Assembly: GCF_001194135.2 (NCBI RefSeq)
Contig: NC_068982.1
Location: forward strand, 128,781,649 to 128,845,648
Source: Octopus bimaculoides
Lineage: Eukaryota
Direction: 5' to 3'
DNA: 64,000 nucleotides
The position numbers and the translations under genes are program-made. Position 1 is the first letter of the stretch. The number at the start of each line of letters is the position of its first letter. Positions 55,501-61,500 of this stretch are shown piece after piece. The notes under the pieces were generated by a model that saw nothing but the letters and a program-made list of their open reading frames with translations, was not told the origin of the DNA and did not search any database.

Positions 55501-58500
55501 AAGGCCTTTTGTCCATTTTGATTCTGTTAACCTCTGCCTCATGATGATGATGATGATGATACTTGCTTCTGATTTAGGCAGAAGACCAGCAATTTTGAGG
55601 TAGTTGATACCATCAACCATAGTACTTGACTGATATTTTATTTTGTTTATTAACCCCAGAAGGATGAAAGGCAAAATTGACCTTAAAGATATTTGAACTC
55701 AGAATATAAAGAGCTGGAACAAATACCACAAAGTATTTTTTTCCAGTATTCCAAAAGAGACAGTGAAAGAGGAAGAGAAAGAGGGAGTAGAGAGGACAAA
55801 GGAGAAGACTGGAGAGAAGAAGGAGAAGACTGGAGAGAAGAAGGAGAAGACTGGAGAGAAGAAGGAGAAGACTGGAGAGAAGAAGGAGAAGACTGGAGAG
55901 AAGAAGGAGAAGACTGGAGAGAAGAAGGAGGAGGAGAGTTACGGTGAACAATGATAATGATGATGGCAACAATGACAACCATGATGAAGACAATATCAAC
56001 AATGATGATGAGGAGGAGGAGGAGGAGGAAGAGTGGGGGGACAGCATACAGCAACTGTTTTTCTTTGAAGAGTTGCAGAAAAAAACTGATGAACTGCAAA
56101 AGATACAATCAAGATATTCATGATTGCATAAGAAAATATCTTGTTCAATAAATAGATGAGTTCAGTTTGATTTTTAAGTTTGAAGTGGATCAAGTCCTCT
56201 CCTAAAAAAATATAAAAAAGCTTTGTTAAAGAGATTATCATTTTTCAGATTATTAACCACTTATTTTAAAGATGAAAATAGTATTTTACAATATTTACAT
56301 CAGTTTCATCTCTGATCATCACCATAATGTGCACTCCAAGATTCAATTTGAATCTTTTTATAATTAATTTAGAAATAACAGCTGCTTTTTAGAATCCAGT
56401 CGAAGATGATGTACACAATTAGAGATATGATACCTGATGGCAGAGACCAAACCAATCACAGCAATGAGAATGCAAATATTACTGAAAATCATATTTAATC
56501 TCTAAAGATGTGGTTAATAGTCTAAAAAATAATAATTATATTAACTATTAATCTTAGAAATTTAGTAATTTAATCAAATATTTAGCAAAATTTGTTTGAA
56601 ATTATTAGAACCAATATTAAAAAAAGAAAAATATAATCATTTATAGAAAGCTGTCCATTTGTAATAAAAACTAAATCATAATATTCCTCCCGCTCTCTCT
56701 CTTTCTCTATCTTGAGCTTATGATCTCATTATCCCAGAGATTACATGGGTTTCTGAAGTGTTTAGTTGTCTGAGAGTACAAGACTACCTTCCTTTGAATG
56801 AGTTTCCAGTTCATTTGCGGGTTAATCCCTAGTATCTGCCCTAGTAGAGCAACAGAAAATGAAGTGCCTTGCTCAATGATACATGTCCACTGGTTTGGGA
56901 ATAAAACTCATGATTTAATGAATGTGAGGCTAATTCCCTAACCACCAAAGCACTTTCCTTCACCTGTGATAATATAGTCAGGAAAATAGAAGATAAACAA
57001 ACTATCGCGAAAGTGAAATCATGATGGCACCACTGTCCGAGCGTGATCGTTACCAGCACTTCCTGGCACTTGTGCCGCAGCGTCACGTTCCTGGCATCTA
57101 GTTTTCCAGTCCTCAGTCAAATCGTCCAACCCATGCTGGCATGGAAAGCGGACGTTAAACGATGACGATGATGATTTGTGAACTGCTGAAGTTTAATCCT
57201 GATAAGTTTTTCTTATACATATTATAAATCAATTAATTCATTACTATAGGAAAAAGAGAGGATAATTTACAAATGGAGAGCTTAAATCAGAATAAATATC
57301 TGCAATATATTTAAGATTTTAGTGGAGTGTTTAAGTTGAAGTAAGAGAGTAACAATCTTTTACATTTTCTTTCACTTGACAACCACCTGAACAACCTAAA
57401 AAATAATAGATGTGTCCATGAGTGTTATTCTTGGTACATATATTTATGTTCTCACTGAATAATTAAAAATACTGATTATTTAGCCATATATCATATATAA
57501 AATATACTAAAAGGAAACAAATATTAATCATGTTATCACAGTTATAAGAACAAATATTATTACCATTAATGTAGATAATAACAGATTTACCTCTTGTAAA
57601 ATGAAAGTGTCTTCAACAGTCACATCTTCAGAGGTATCAATACCAAATGATGCAGATAATTCTACATCTTCCTTAGATTTGTCTTCAGCTGGGAGAGTGA
57701 AAGACATATCTGTACTAACATCTTCTGCTGTTGGTTGTTGAAATATAAAGTCTGTTTCCACATCCTCAACTGCCATTTTCTTTGGTTTCTCCTCAAAGAC
57801 GAAGTCAGCTGAAATGTCTTCAACTTCTTTATCTTGTATTTCTAATTTGAAGGTTTCAGCAGTATCAACTGTGTCACGTGGTTTCTCTTCTTCAATCTGG
57901 AAAGCGACTTCAGTATCAACTGGTTTCTCTTCTTCAATCTGGAAAGCGACTTCAGTATCAACTGGTTTCTCTTCTTCAATCTGGAAAGCGACTTCAGTAT
58001 CAACTGGTTTCTCTTCTTCAATCTGANNNNNNNNNNNNNNNNNNNNNNNNNNNNNNNNNNNNNNNNNNNNNNNNNNNNNNNNNNNNNNNNNNNNNNNNNN
58101 NNNNNNNNNNNNNNNNNNNNNNNNNNNNNNNNNNNNNNNNNNNNNNNNNNNNNNNNNNNNNNNNNNNNNNNNNNNNNNNNNNNNNNNNNNGTGGTTTCTC
58201 TTCTTCAATCTGGAAAGCGACTTCAGTATCAACTGGTTTCTCTTCTTCAATCTGGAAAGCGACTTCAGTATCAACTGGTTTCTCTTCTTCAATCTGGAAA
58301 GCGACTTCAGTATCAACTGGTTTCTCTTCTTCAATCTGAAAAGCTACTTCAGTATCAACTGGTTTCTCTTTTTCAATCTGGAAAGCGACTTCAGTATCAA
58401 CTGGTTTCTCTTCTTCAATCTGGAAAGCGACTTCAGTATCAACCGGTTTCTCTTCTTCAATCTGGAAAGCAACTTCAGTATCAACTGGTTTCTCTTCTTC

Positions 58501-61500
58501 CAACTTGAAAACTGCTTCAGTATCGAGTGGTTTCTTTTCAGTACTATCAAGCATTAAACTAAACTCAGCATCTTCAGCTGTTTGAACTGTAGGGGTTTCT
58601 TTTTCCTCCTCCAGCTTGAAGCTTGCATCAACAAAGGTTTCCTCTTCTGTAAGGCTAAATTCAGCTTCAACATCTTCAGTAGGTTGTTTTTCAGTTATAT
58701 CTGTTTTGTCTTCCAATATTTCTACTGTACTCATTTCTGCAACCTGAGTTTTGTGTTTATCAGTAATTGATTCAGAAGCAGTCACTGTATCCTTTTGGCT
58801 CTTACTGATTTCTGAAACCATGTCTTGGGTATCTGTGCCAGACAAAGTACCAGTTTGTATAACAGTTATATCAGATTGTGAAATATTAAGAGGTAGTTTT
58901 TGTTTATCATCCATAAGAGTTACTTTTTCAAAAGGAATATCAGAAATGTCAGATAAACCATTTTCTGATACCTGTTCTTGTACAAAGCCTACCATAGATT
59001 TGGGGATATCAGTCAAAGTTGCTTTACTTTTCTCTGGTTTCTTTTCAGAATCAACAACACTGACTTTTTCAACACTGACATCAGTAATATCAGCAAGACC
59101 ATTTTCTGTCAAATGTTCTTGCACAATTCCAACCATAGATTTGGGGATATCAGTAAGAGTGGCTTCACTTTTCTCTGGTTTCTTCTCAGAATCAACAACA
59201 CTTATTTCTTCTACACTGACATCTTTGATATCAGATACAATATTTTCAGTGACGTGTTCTTGAGCTACTCCAACCATAGATTTGGGGATATCAGTAAGAG
59301 TGGCTTCACTCTTCTCTGGTTTCTTCTCAGAATCAACAACACTTATTTCTTCTACACTAACATCCTTGATATCAGATACGATATTTTCAGTGATATGCTC
59401 TTGGGCAACTCCAACCATAGATTTGGGGATATCAGTAAGAGTGGCTTCACTCTTCTCTGGTTTCTTTTCAGAATCAACAACACTTATTTCTTCTACACTA
59501 ACATCCTTGATATCAGATACAATATTTTCAGTGATATGCTCTTGAGCCACTCCAACCATAGATTTAGGAATATCAGTAAAGGTGGCTTCACTTTTCTCAG
59601 GTCTCTTTTCAGAGTCAACAATGCTTACTTTGTCAACACTTACATCAGAAATATCTGAAAGTCCATTTTCTGTCAAATGCTCCAGCACAACACCAACCAT
59701 AGATTTAGGGATATCAGTAAGAGTGGCTTCACTCTTTTCAGGTTTCTTCTCAGAATCAACAACACTTATTTCTTCTACACTGACATCTTTGATATCAGAT
59801 ACGATATTTTCAGTGATGTGCTCTTGGGCCACTCCAACCATAGATTTGGGAATATCAGTAAGAGTGGCTTCACTTTTCTCTGGTTTCTTCTCAGAATCAA
59901 CAACACTTATTTCTTCTACACTGACATCCTTGATATCAGATACGATATTTTCAGTGATATGCTCTTGGGCAACTCCAACCATAGATTTGGGGATATCAGT
60001 AAAGGTGGCTTCACTTTTCTCTGGTTTCTTCTCAGAATCAACAACACTTATTTCTTCTACACTAACATCCTTGATATCAGATACGATATTTTCAGTGATA
60101 TGCTCTTGGGCAACTCCAACCATAGATTTGGGGATATCAGTAAGAGTGGCTTCACTCTTCTCTGGTTTCTTCTCAGAATCAACAACACTTATTTCTTCTA
60201 CACTGACATCCTTGATATCAGATACGATATTTTCAGTGATATGCTCTTGAGCTACTCCAACCATTGATTTAGGAATATCAGTAAAGGTGGCTTCACTTTT
60301 CTCAGGTTTCTTTTCAGAGTCAACAATGCTTACTTTGTCAACACTTACATCAGAAATATCTGAAAGTCCATTTTCTGTCAAATGCTCCAGTACAACACCA
60401 ACCATAGATTTAGGGATATCAGTAAAGGTTGCTTCACTTTTCTCAGGTTTCTTCTCTGAATCAACAATGCTTACTTCTTCTACGTTGACATCCTTAATAT
60501 CTGCAACAATATTTTCAGTTACATCTCCATGCATAATTGTAACCATAGATTTAGGCATGTCACCTAGACTGGCCTGACTTTTATCTACCTTTTTCTCTGC
60601 ATCAACAATACTTACATTTTCTAAAGTGACATCAGAAATTTCACTTATTCCATTTTCTGTTAAATGTTCCTGCATGATTGTTGTCATAGATTTTGGTGTA
60701 TCAATCAAATCTAATTGCTTTTCTTGTAATGATTTGGTATCAACAGATTCTAATGTTATTTTTGTCTCTTCTGAAAAGTCAGTGACAGTAGATTCTGATA
60801 TTCCAACATTTATGGATTCTGTTTTTACAAATGGAGCAGAAGTTATTTCCATTTTCTCTGTAGCAACTTCAGATATGATGTTTGGAGTTATACCTGCTGC
60901 ATCTTCTTCAGATGCAATATCTGAAAGTGCATCTAAAATTTCTTCTTCCATAATGTTAGCTTTTGTCAATACTTCTTCAGTTAGCTGGGAGCTGGTAGCA
61001 ACTTTTTCAACAATACTAGAAACAATATCTTTGGGTACATCATCTGTTTGTATATCAGTTGTAAATTCTTGAATACTTTCTGAAATTGTACCAGTTTCTT
61101 GCTGTATTTTGTCTTTTACAGTAACCTCCACAACCGATGGTTTATCAATTAATTCACTATCAATCTTTTGAGTTACTACAGATTCACTGATATCTGATAC
61201 AATATCTGATGAAACTTCATCACATACAATATCGGTCTGTATGACTGGAATTTCAGTTTGCATAGTTATTTCAGTTGCCTTTTCACTGATATCTTCTTGT
61301 TTTGCATCAAGAAGTTCCTTAGGAACAATATCAGTAACTAAACTACTTGGAGTTTGCTCTTCAACCAAATCACTTTGAATGCTCACTATCTTTGAAACTG
61401 TTGTATCAAGTGATTTTGGTTCAATCAAGAGGCTAGTAATATTTTCTTGTGTGTCTTCAGATACAATATCACTAATTTTATCTTCAATGACTGCTTCTTG

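Noticed and set aside
55613-56151. Poly-L/S and E/K-rich ORFs
   Set aside because: Products of the 21-bp minisatellite and trinucleotide tracts; no splice sites fitting the gene.
58870-60702. Regular repeats superficially like a CRISPR array
   Set aside because: Units are contiguous and in frame with no unique spacers; eukaryotic coding repeat.
58751-61072. Several long plus-strand ORFs over the giant exon
   Set aside because: Antisense shadows of the 141-bp and 42-bp coding repeats; no independent protein signal.
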